Translations under genes and position numbers: made by a program
In this document: positions 28,613 through 36,899 of the stretch, piece after piece
How the letters are laid out: the number at the start of each line of letters is the position of its first letter
How positions within the stretch are numbered: the stretch's first letter is position 1
The notes under the pieces: model-generated
Told to the model about the DNA's origin: nothing
Databases searched by the model: none
Seen by the model: only the letters and a program-made list of their open reading frames with translations
From: Alphaproteobacteria bacterium
GTDB taxonomy: Bacteria; Pseudomonadota; Alphaproteobacteria; Micavibrionales; UBA2020
Assembly: GCA_046314385.1 (NCBI GenBank)
Contig: JBKBWZ010000001.1
Location: forward strand, 863,991 to 927,990
Direction: 5' to 3'
Length of the DNA: 64,000 nt

Positions 28613-29866
28613 TCAGAGTTTATAGTTTGGCTTGAATTTCGGCTTCTGCACCGGTTTATTGTTTTCGTTGGCACGTTTTTCGGCCATCGCATTCACGCGG
28701 GCAATGTCGTCGAGATAGTAGTTTTCGAGGCGGCTGTAATGCACGCCGCCGACATCGGCAAGCGCGTGATCTGCCACTTTGCGCAGCCCGTCGAAATTAT
28801 TATCGCGTAGACCGTCGAGCGCGGCGGGCAGCGTATTGGGCAGCCGGTCGTTCAGAAAATGCATGGCCGCAGCGCCAACGGCCGGCTGAACGCCGTCGTT
28901 GTCCGCCTGCGCGGATTTCAGCATCAGCAGCATGGCCGACAGGTTGGACAGCTGCGCCAGTTCGCCGCGGCGCGCACTGGGTTCAAGCGCTTCGCAGTAG
29001 TGTTCGAGCGCGAATTTGAAAAAGGTTTTGTTGATGTCGCGCACTTCGTCTGCGGGCACATGGTCTTTGACCGAAAACAAAATATCGGGCGTCGCATCGG
29101 GCGCCGCTTCCATTTTTTCATAGCCGCGCTTGATAAATTCCTCCAGCAGAATTTCGGCCTTCAGGCTTTCACCATTGCGCACCAGTGGTGAAAAGGCTTC
29201 AGTGATTTTTGTTCCCTCTGCCGGGAAGTGTTGATCATAAGTGCGATAGGCCTGATTAAAGCGCGGCCAGAAATCCTGCAGATGCAGGCCAAAATCGCCG
29301 ACATGGATCAGCGCCATCGCACCGAGGAATTGTTTTTCTTCCGCCGAACCCGCCGCGCGGATATCTTTCAGGAAGGTTTCCATCATGGAAATTTCCGACT
29401 GCCATCTGTCTTTCGACATCGGCAGCGGGCCTTCGGCCAGAAATTCTTTCGCTTTTTGCTGGATGACGGGGCCAATGCCCAGCGTGTCTTTCAGCACATA
29501 GCCTTCGTCGAGCATGACGTTGATAAAAACAACCGATTTGTTTTCGCGCACGACCTGATCGTGATAATGCAGCGCGGCGAAATCGAGGATATTTGTATCA
29601 ATCATCATGATACGCGGCTTGTCTTCGCCAAGGGCGGTGCCCACCTCTTCCATCGTGAAGATTTGCGTGGCCGCTTTGAAGCCGCCGTTTTCGAGATCGC
29701 GGTACAGAATCACCATATCCACATCCGAAGAGGCAATCGGCTGATAACCGCCGTTTTTCATCGCGCGGCCAAAAGAGCCGGCCATAACGACCAGATCGGC
29801 GTTCGGGTGGTGTTTTTCCAGCCACGGTTTGAGAACTTTTTCGACGACATCGTGTGCTTGCTGCAT
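28613..29866 (-). CDS. Pol-beta-superfamily nucleotidyltransferase with large helical C-terminal region (417 aa)
   Basis: MAGSFGRAMKNGGYQPIASSDVDMVILY matches the GS...DxD NTase signature. The remaining ~280 aa are helical and unassigned. RBS is AAGGAGAG. It ends 23 nt upstream of the exonuclease gene. Confidence 0.65.
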   Translation of the reverse strand: MQQAHDVVEKVLKPWLEKHHPNADLVVMAGSFGRAMKNGGYQPIASSDVDMVILYRDLENGGFKAATQIFTMEEVGTALGEDKPRIMMIDTNILDFAALHYHDQVVRENKSVVFINVMLDEGYVLKDTLGIGPVIQQKAKEFLAEGPLPMSKDRWQSEISMMETFLKDIRAAGSAEEKQFLGAMALIHVGDFGLHLQDFWPRFNQAYRTYDQHFPAEGTKITEAFSPLVRNGESLKAEILLEEFIKRGYEKMEAAPDATPDILFSVKDHVPADEVRDINKTFFKFALEHYCEALEPSARRGELAQLSNLSAMLLMLKSAQADNDGVQPAVGAAAMHFLNDRLPNTLPAALDGLRDNNFDGLRKVADHALADVGGVHYSRLENYYLDDIARVNAMAEKRANENNKPVQKPKFKPNYKL

Positions 29867-30060
29867 ACGCGCCTCTCCTTGAATATGGGGTGTGATGTGG
29901 CGCGACCGTAGCAAGGATGAGGATTCGGGTAAAGCGCGGGGCAGTGCAACAATCGCGCTTTCGGCCAGAACGTATGTCTATTATAACATTACGAAAATTA
30001 GACTTCCCTTGACGCCGCAACACGGGGCTGTATATTCACATAATTATTTAAAGGTGACGC

Positions 30061-30924
30061 TTGGCCACAGGAAAACAGCCCTCATCCACAAAGACCCCCG
30101 ATCACCGCCGCCGCTATCTGCGTGGCGGGCTGGTTGCTGCTTTTGCCGCGGCCGTGCTTGGCGGCGGCGTAGCCTGGCATGCAACGGCGCCGGACTCACC
30201 CTATCTGCATCCCCGCGCTGCACAGGCCTATCATATTCCCGACCAGTCCTGCGCCTTGACGACGATGGCGGCCTTGCCCGAAGCCCCGCGCGGCAACGGC
30301 GCGCCGGTTCTGCTGCTGCCCGGATTTTTAAGCAGCGACCGCTTTATGCAGCCGCTGGCCAATAAAATCAGCGCCGCCGGATACACAACATACGGCTGGG
30401 ATCTGGGCGTCAATACCGGCATCACGCCTGATCTTGCCGCCGCCCTGCAGGCGCGGCTGGAAACAATTGCACAAAACCATCCGGGGCAAAAAATCACGCT
30501 GATCGGCTATAGCCTGGGCGGCGTTTATGCACGCGAGCTGGCGCGCAACAACCCCGATAGGGTCGCGCAGGTGATGACGCTGGGCGCGCCTTTTGCGCTG
30601 ACGGACAAAAACGGTACGCTGGATCCGATCCTCAGCCGCACCTTCAGCACTTTTAATACAGCACCGGAGGCAACCGGCGATACGCGCAGCCCCCTGCCCG
30701 TGCCGACAACCTCTATTTTCGGTACGCAAGACCGCATCGTCAACTGGCGCGCCAGTCTGAATGCAGGCGGCACAGATGCAGAAAACATTCCCGTTGTCGC
30801 CGGACACCTGTCTTTGCGCCACAGCGCACAGGCGGCCGATATTATCCTGCACCGGCTTGCCGAAACGCCCGCCACAGGCTGGCAACCCCTCGCCCGTAAA
30901 TTCTGCGCACCGCAAGCGTCCTGA
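30061..30924 (+). CDS. Alpha/beta-hydrolase (lipase/esterase-like) with N-terminal TM
   Basis: Nucleophile elbow GYSLGG, an N-terminal hydrophobic helix, and a TTG start according to the ORF track. Confidence 0.75.
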   Translation: MATGKQPSSTKTPDHRRRYLRGGLVAAFAAAVLGGGVAWHATAPDSPYLHPRAAQAYHIPDQSCALTTMAALPEAPRGNGAPVLLLPGFLSSDRFMQPLANKISAAGYTTYGWDLGVNTGITPDLAAALQARLETIAQNHPGQKITLIGYSLGGVYARELARNNPDRVAQVMTLGAPFALTDKNGTLDPILSRTFSTFNTAPEATGDTRSPLPVPTTSIFGTQDRIVNWRASLNAGGTDAENIPVVAGHLSLRHSAQAADIILHRLAETPATGWQPLARKFCAPQAS

Positions 30925-30930
30925 GAACAA

Positions 30931-30965
30931 AAAAAGAAAAGCCGGATTGCTCCGGCTTTTCTTTT
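30931..30965. terminator. Bidirectional rho-independent terminator
   Basis: AAAAGCCGGA-ttgc-TCCGGCTTTT flanked by A-run and T-run, between the hydrolase gene and the small Cys-rich ORF. Confidence 0.75.
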
Positions 30966-30985
30966 AAAAACGAAGGCGCGAATGC

Positions 30986-31129
30986 TTAACCGCAGCCACA
31001 GCTTGTCGAGCAGCTGCCTTCTTCTTTTTTCTCGGCTTTGGCAGCTTCGAGAGCGGCCTGCTCTTTTTTGGCAGCTTCTGCCTGACAGCAGCCGGTATCG
31101 TCTTTCTGGGCTTGTTCTTGGTTGCTCAT
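30986..31129 (-). CDS. Unannotated 47-aa Cys-rich peptide (MSNQEQAQKDDTGCCQAEAAKKEQAALEAAKAEKKEEGSCSTSCGCG)
   Basis: Below the ORF-track cutoff. GGAGG RBS 7 nt upstream of the ATG, and the stop is followed by the bidirectional terminator. Six Cys arranged as CC and C-x3-C-x-C. Confidence 0.5.
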   Translation of the reverse strand: MSNQEQAQKDDTGCCQAEAAKKEQAALEAAKAEKKEEGSCSTSCGCG

Positions 31130-31266
31130 TGGTGCCTCCTTTGTTGGGTGTTACGCGGCAATCATCATATCACAATTTGTGATGATAGAATTGATCTATG
31201 CCCCGCCAAACCGAAGTCAAGGGACGGGACAGAATAGAAAACCGCAATATATTTCAAATAGATGAA

Positions 31267-32133
31267 CTATCCTTGCACGCGGTGGAAGCGTGGCGGAAGA
31301 TATTTTTCGGTATGTTTCAGCACGCGCGAAACTATCCGTTCAATCGCGCAGATGCTGCGGGCAAAGACCGGCGTGTGCAAGGCCAGCGAAGCCACCACCA
31401 GCGAAAAACAAAGGCTGCCGACAAAAACATCGGTAAACCAATGCGCCCCGCCAATCATACGCGGAAAGATAAAAAACGGCATAATCAGCAATATCGCGAT
31501 TTTCCATGGTCTGCGCGCAATCACCCAGAACAACATGCCATAGACCAGCACGGCGGCACCGTGGTCGCTGGGAAAACTGCTATGCGCCCTGACCTTTGGC
31601 CTTTTTTGCGGGAAGGCTTCACGCAAGTCATAGAAGGGCTCCAGCACCATCGACGGGCTTGGACGGTCAAATTCAAACAAACCCAGTTTGCGGCGGCCGT
31701 AGACAAAAATCAGCATGTACAGACCCAAAAAGATCACCGCGGACAGCCGCCACGTAAAGCCGTTTTCCTTCTCTGCAACCGCATAAATGCCCAAAAGGGC
31801 AATCAGGATAATCGCGGAAATTTTATCGTATTTCTTTGTATTGCTGATCGCAGCGGGCAACTGCCATTTCTCGCTGGATATCAAAAGGCCGTTGAGGATG
31901 AAAAAAATTTCTTCGTCAATCGCATCCCAGAACAGGCGCACGGGTTCATAGCTCCAGCTGAGCACCAAAAGACCGGCCATGATGTTAAACAGCAGAATGC
32001 CTTTCCAGTCCCAGCGCGAACGCGCAAAAGCCGGAACAAACGAAAGATCAGAAGGCCGCAAAGCGGCAGAGGATGAATCACAGGTTTCTTTTTGCATGAA
32101 AACCAATATAACGGCGGCAAAAAGCCAAGACAA
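31267..32133 (-). CDS. PAP2-superfamily membrane phosphatase
   Basis: PAP2 motifs KRP, PSDH and R-x5-H-x3-D (PRMIGGAHWFTD). Multiple TM segments. The start is uncertain. Confidence 0.8.
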   Translation of the reverse strand: MSWLFAAVILVFMQKETCDSSSAALRPSDLSFVPAFARSRWDWKGILLFNIMAGLLVLSWSYEPVRLFWDAIDEEIFFILNGLLISSEKWQLPAAISNTKKYDKISAIILIALLGIYAVAEKENGFTWRLSAVIFLGLYMLIFVYGRRKLGLFEFDRPSPSMVLEPFYDLREAFPQKRPKVRAHSSFPSDHGAAVLVYGMLFWVIARRPWKIAILLIMPFFIFPRMIGGAHWFTDVFVGSLCFSLVVASLALHTPVFARSICAIERIVSRVLKHTEKYLPPRFHRVQG

Positions 32134-32145
32134 CCTTAAAAGGAA

Positions 32146-33213
32146 TCAATCCGGACGCGGTGTTTTTAGCGGTAGGGGATTGTTTTTAAACGGCTTGAGC
32201 GATGTGCGAATAGCATCAAGGCTCTCGCTGCCTACTGCGCAAATTGTATCTGCACCACCGTAATAAACGTAAAGTCTGCCGTTATCGACAACCGCGCCGC
32301 AGGGAAAAACCACGTTATTTACATCGCCGGAAATCTCGTAATCCGTTTCGGGCCGCAAGGATGGCGCATCGGTCTTGGCAAGAATTTTAGACGGGTCGTT
32401 CTTGTCGAGCAGCATCAGGCTGATCGTCCATTTAAAATCGTCCGAGATGCTGGAATAGACAAGCAGCAAACCCTCGGGCAGTTCCACCGGCGGCGCACCC
32501 GGCTCGATGCCATGCGCTTCATAGCCGTTATCTTGCGGGCCGAGCAACTGGTCTTTTTCGATGTCATGCACCGCCCACATTTTTTGCCATGCGGCGGGGT
32601 TGGTGAAATCTGCGGGCGCGGGTGACATCATTGTGCGCTCCACCCCCGCTTCGTCTTTCCACATAAAATGTACTTTACCGCCGCTTTCAAACAGTACGCC
32701 CGCTTTGCTGCGCCGGTCCGGGCCGATGACGCCGTGTTTTTCGAAGCTGCGAAAATCTTTTGTGCTGGCCAGCGCGATGCGAATGCCTTCGTCGGCATCC
32801 GGCTGTGACAGACCTTTGGCAATAGATGTATACAAAATGTAATAGGTATCGCCGATTTTGGTAATGCGCGGGTCTTCAAGCCCGAATTTATCAAAATCTT
32901 GGTCCGGCTTCAGCGCCGCAGCATCCACGAGCCTGAAGTCCTTGTCCGGCGCCGCGCCTTCCCACAGGCTCAGGTGCGATGTGTATTTGTCGTCGAACTG
33001 GTTCACCGTGCCGATTTTCTGGTAGCCCTTGGGCACAGACCGCACCAGCATCACAAACTGACCTTCGGCATATTTCGCTGCGCCGGGGTTGAATGTCGCG
33101 CCAAGATCACCTTCGGGACGCACCACAATGCCATGTCTTTTCATCACCGCCTGCTGCCTTTTCGACTGGGGGTTATTCTGCTTTTGCTTAAAAATAGGAT
33201 CGGTGCGCAGCAT
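32146..33213 (-). CDS. GH130-family glycoside phosphorylase/hydrolase-like protein
   Basis: FNPGA, LEDPRI and YYGGAD blocks typical of GH130/DUF377. The start is ambiguous (TTG 33237, ATG 33213, ATG 33144). Confidence 0.8.
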   Translation of the reverse strand: MLRTDPIFKQKQNNPQSKRQQAVMKRHGIVVRPEGDLGATFNPGAAKYAEGQFVMLVRSVPKGYQKIGTVNQFDDKYTSHLSLWEGAAPDKDFRLVDAAALKPDQDFDKFGLEDPRITKIGDTYYILYTSIAKGLSQPDADEGIRIALASTKDFRSFEKHGVIGPDRRSKAGVLFESGGKVHFMWKDEAGVERTMMSPAPADFTNPAAWQKMWAVHDIEKDQLLGPQDNGYEAHGIEPGAPPVELPEGLLLVYSSISDDFKWTISLMLLDKNDPSKILAKTDAPSLRPETDYEISGDVNNVVFPCGAVVDNGRLYVYYGGADTICAVGSESLDAIRTSLKPFKNNPLPLKTPRPD

Positions 33214-33255
33214 AACCGCGCACCGATCCAAAAACAATCCGGAGAAATCAAATCA

Positions 33256-33555
33256 TCAGGGGCAATTCAGAATAACGTTGGTATGCGCATGCGTCGTTCT
33301 GATCACATTTGCGATACATTCTTTTTCTTTGCCGTCTTTGTCCTTGATGGTGACTTCGTATTGGCCGGCGGGCAGGTCATAGAAAGCCTTGGGCAGCGTC
33401 ACATCGCGCACTTGCAGGCCAAATTCACGGTTAATCGCCTCAATCGCATCGGCTTTTTTCTGTTCGGGCGTCTGGGGCGGTTTCATCATATCGGCGCAGC
33501 CTGTGGTCAGCATCACCAGCGGCAGGGCGACAGTGGCAAGAAAGGCTTTTTTCAT
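33256..33555 (-). CDS. Hypothetical lipoprotein (99 aa)
   Basis: Signal peptide with lipobox LTTGC. First gene of the lipoprotein-GH130-PAP2 string. Confidence 0.65.
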   Translation of the reverse strand: MKKAFLATVALPLVMLTTGCADMMKPPQTPEQKKADAIEAINREFGLQVRDVTLPKAFYDLPAGQYEVTIKDKDGKEKECIANVIRTTHAHTNVILNCP

Positions 33556-33684
33556 GATTTTTCTCCGGTCGGTTATATTTGTTTCTATGTGCGGTACTAT
33601 AGCACCGCTTTTGCGCTTATGTCAATATAAAAAACATCCGCCGGACTTGTCGCGGCGCGGCAAAAAACCACCTATAATCAAAGC

Positions 33685-34905
33685 ATGAACAGCTTGCCGC
33701 AAAATCTGGTCCACCGCCGTATCCTGCTGATTATTTCAGGCGGGATTGCTGCGTATAAAAGCCTCGACCTTATCCGCCGTCTGCGCGAGCGCGGGGCGGA
33801 GATACGCTGCATCCTGACATCGGGCGGTGCGCAATTTATCACCCCGCTGTCTGTCGGCGCGCTGTCGGAAAACAAAGTCTATACCGACCTCTTTTCACTG
33901 ACTGACGAGCAAGAAATGGGGCATATCCGCCTGGCCCGTGATTGCGACCTTGTGCTGGTCGCCCCTGCAAGCGCCAATATCATGGCGCGCGCAGCGCAGG
34001 GATTGGCGGATGATCTGGCCTCCACCGTTCTTCTTGCGACTGACAAGCCTGTGATGATGTGCCCCGCCATGAATCCCGCGATGTGGGCAAATATCGCCAC
34101 GCAGGAAAATATCGCGACGCTGAAACGGCGCGGCGTGCATTTTATCGACCCCGCCGTGGGCGATATGGCCTGCGGCGAACATGGCACCGGACGCCTGCCC
34201 GATGTGCCGGAGATTGTCGCCGCCGTATCTGAATTTTTTGCCGTCAAAGGCCCGCTGCGCGGCCGCCGCGCGATTGTCACCAGCGGCCCCACGCATGAAA
34301 GCATCGACCCTGTGCGTTTTATCGGCAATATTTCATCAGGCCGGCAAGGCCATGCGATTGCTGCTGCGCTGGCCGGTGCAGGCGCAGATGTGACGTTGAT
34401 TTCCGGACCCGTATCAGAAGCGCCGCCCGCAGGTGTGCAGGTCATACGCATCACCACAGCCCAGCAAATGCTGGAAGCGACGCTGAAAGCGCTGCCCGCC
34501 GATATCGCCGTCTGCGCCGCCGCCGTGGCCGATTACCGCCCCGCCGAAGCCGCCAGCAGCAAGCTTAAAAAATCCGGCGATCAGGGGCTATCGCTCACGC
34601 TGGTGCAGAATCCCGATATTCTGCGCACGATTGCGCAGGGCAACCACCGCCCCGCCCTTGTCGTCGGCTTCGCTGCCGAGACCGAAGCCGGCATCGAAGA
34701 TGCCAAGCAAAAACTGGCGCGCAAAGGCTGCGACTGGCTGGTGCTCAATGACGTATCGGACGGAAAAGTTTTCGGGCAAGACGACAATACCGTGACGGTG
34801 CTGAAAAACGCGGACAAAGAAACCACCGCAGAGGCCTGGCCACGCATGAGCAAGGCCGATGTCGCACGCCGCCTGACTGCGGAAATTGCTGCTGCGCTTG
34901 GATAA
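33685..34905 (+). CDS. coaBC: Bifunctional phosphopantothenoylcysteine decarboxylase/synthetase
   Basis: N-terminal flavoprotein domain (ILLIISGGIAAYKS, PAMN) and a C-terminal CoaB domain. 406 aa. Confidence 0.93.
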   Translation: MNSLPQNLVHRRILLIISGGIAAYKSLDLIRRLRERGAEIRCILTSGGAQFITPLSVGALSENKVYTDLFSLTDEQEMGHIRLARDCDLVLVAPASANIMARAAQGLADDLASTVLLATDKPVMMCPAMNPAMWANIATQENIATLKRRGVHFIDPAVGDMACGEHGTGRLPDVPEIVAAVSEFFAVKGPLRGRRAIVTSGPTHESIDPVRFIGNISSGRQGHAIAAALAGAGADVTLISGPVSEAPPAGVQVIRITTAQQMLEATLKALPADIAVCAAAVADYRPAEAASSKLKKSGDQGLSLTLVQNPDILRTIAQGNHRPALVVGFAAETEAGIEDAKQKLARKGCDWLVLNDVSDGKVFGQDDNTVTVLKNADKETTAEAWPRMSKADVARRLTAEIAAALG

Positions 34906-34932
34906 ATGCGCCGAGAGGGAAGTACGGGAGCC

Positions 34933-36837
34933 TTAGCGTACCCAGCCCTTTTCACGCTCGACATAGACGCGGAACCAGATCTCCAGCATCATCAGCGAAA
35001 AGACCTGCCGCAAGCCGATGATGTCGCCTTCGCGGGAGGCGTTCACCAGATCCCGCACGGCCGCGGGCTTGAAAAGGCCGCGCTGTGCGACGCTTTTTTC
35101 CGACAGGCAGTTTTCGATCATATCGCGCATAACACGCGTCGACATAAAGCGATGGATCGGCAGGTTTACATCACGCCGCGAAATTTCCGGCAGTCCGGGG
35201 GCGATACCCTCGACATAGCGGCGGATCATGACCTTGCCGCGTCCGGATTGGTATTTAAGGTCATCCGGCGCACCCAGAATAAATTCGACCAGCGGATGGT
35301 CAAGATACGGCTGGCGATGCACGGTTGACGCCAGTGCCGCAATTTTATCGGCACGCTGCAGGGTGCTGTCTTGCAGCACATAGTCTTTTTGCAGCGCGAG
35401 CAGAGCCGAAACCTGTGTCGGCCATCCGGCCGGATCCTTACGCCCGTCGATAAAGCTTTCCATCATCGGAGAAATTGTATCGCCGTACATCGCCGTTTTG
35501 TCGCGCGCGGCAAAAATAGATGTCATCAAACCATAACGGCGCGCCAGACTGCTGCCCTTGCGGACTTCGGCAAAAAACATCAGCAAGCGTTCGCGGCATT
35601 TGTCGCCGACATTTCCGTTACAGTCAAACTGGCTGTTCATCCACGTTTGCGGCAGTATTTTGATGCCCAGACGATAGAAAGACGCCATAAAAGCAGGCAT
35701 ACGGTTAAGACGCAAAAAGGCTTCCTGCTGCAAAAGACCGCACATCATGTCATCGGCACCTGTGCCGCGCAAAAGTCCGTCGGTGCTTTGTCCCGCCAGC
35801 TGCGCCAGCATAAAAGCAGGCAGCACAGAAGGATCGGCAACAGGCTCGTCAAGCGCCCAGACAATTTCAGGCAGCTTTTCCATGTCGGGCGGCGTACAGA
35901 TCACTTCGTTGTGGCGCGTACCCAGCTTGCGCGCAATCTCCCGCGCCGGTGCCAGCGCCGTATCGCCATCATCGTAGCCGACCGTAAACGTATCCAGTCC
36001 GCGCGGCGCATCTTTCATCAAAAATGCAGCAATCGCGGTTTCTTCGACCGTGCCGGACAGGGCAACGCCGGGCTTGCTGAGACCTGCGGCAGATTGACCG
36101 ATGGCGTCTTCCAGCAGCGTATTGAACCGCGCCTGAAAATCTTCATCAGATTTCAAAGCGGCATCGGCGCGCATGTAGGTTTCCCATTGCCAATAAGGCT
36201 CGATCATCACATGCAGGCCGGGGTTCCAGATCAAACGGTGACCGGCGGGCAGTTTGTGGACGCCTTTGAAGAAACTGTCCGGCCCCGGGCTATAGCCAAG
36301 GGTCAGATAGGCATCGATACTGCGCATATCCGGCGTGACCTGCACGCCCGGATGTTCCAACAGCGCCTTGATTTCGGACGCAAAGACAAACGTCCCTGAC
36401 TGCGTGGTCATATAATAAAGAGGTTCCTGCCCCATACGGTCGCGGGAGAGGAAGACAAAGTCTTTGAGCGTATCATGCACGGCAAAAACAAAACGGCCAC
36501 GCAGATGGGATGCCAGATTGAGCCCATAGGCTTCGTAGAGGTGGAGAATCAGCTCCGCCACGCCTTCACCACGGAAATGGATGCCCTTGCGCGCCAAATC
36601 ATCACGCAGGGCCGTATAATTGCTGATATCACCGGAAAAAAGCACCGCAATGCTGTCATCGTGGCTATAGGCGGGCTGCGCCGTACTGTCTGCCGCCGCG
36701 CCCCTGATTCCCATGAAAACCGGATTGGCCAGATAAAACGCCTCTCCGCCGCGGCCGCGATGCGCAAGCTTTCGCACCATGCCCTGCAAGACTTCCGGCT
36801 CTCTTGCCTGGCCGAAATAACCCGCTATGCCTGCCAT
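34933..36837 (-). CDS. Asparagine synthase (AsnB)-like protein with degenerate active-site motifs
   Basis: The AsnB fold is recognisable across 634 aa. The N-terminus reads MAGIAG (Ala, codon GCA, where the Cys nucleophile belongs) and the PP-loop SGGxDS reads SGTVEE. Confidence 0.85.
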   Translation of the reverse strand: MAGIAGYFGQAREPEVLQGMVRKLAHRGRGGEAFYLANPVFMGIRGAAADSTAQPAYSHDDSIAVLFSGDISNYTALRDDLARKGIHFRGEGVAELILHLYEAYGLNLASHLRGRFVFAVHDTLKDFVFLSRDRMGQEPLYYMTTQSGTFVFASEIKALLEHPGVQVTPDMRSIDAYLTLGYSPGPDSFFKGVHKLPAGHRLIWNPGLHVMIEPYWQWETYMRADAALKSDEDFQARFNTLLEDAIGQSAAGLSKPGVALSGTVEETAIAAFLMKDAPRGLDTFTVGYDDGDTALAPAREIARKLGTRHNEVICTPPDMEKLPEIVWALDEPVADPSVLPAFMLAQLAGQSTDGLLRGTGADDMMCGLLQQEAFLRLNRMPAFMASFYRLGIKILPQTWMNSQFDCNGNVGDKCRERLLMFFAEVRKGSSLARRYGLMTSIFAARDKTAMYGDTISPMMESFIDGRKDPAGWPTQVSALLALQKDYVLQDSTLQRADKIAALASTVHRQPYLDHPLVEFILGAPDDLKYQSGRGKVMIRRYVEGIAPGLPEISRRDVNLPIHRFMSTRVMRDMIENCLSEKSVAQRGLFKPAAVRDLVNASREGDIIGLRQVFSLMMLEIWFRVYVEREKGWVR

Positions 36838-36899
36838 TTTTTATCCTGTTCGTCCGGTATCGTGGCGTTTCGTCGCAACGCATCTTACACTATTCAGGC

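Noticed and set aside
28640-28700. Calling the NTase C-terminus a HEPN domain on the basis of R-x4-H (LRKVADH)
   Set aside because: A single short motif in a 280-aa helical region is not sufficient. It is kept only as a remark inside the NTase finding, pending profile searches.
31198-32076. 292-aa plus-strand ORF overlapping the PAP2 gene
   Set aside because: The minus-strand product has clear PAP2 motifs and TM helices. The plus-strand translation is basic, low-complexity and has no motifs.
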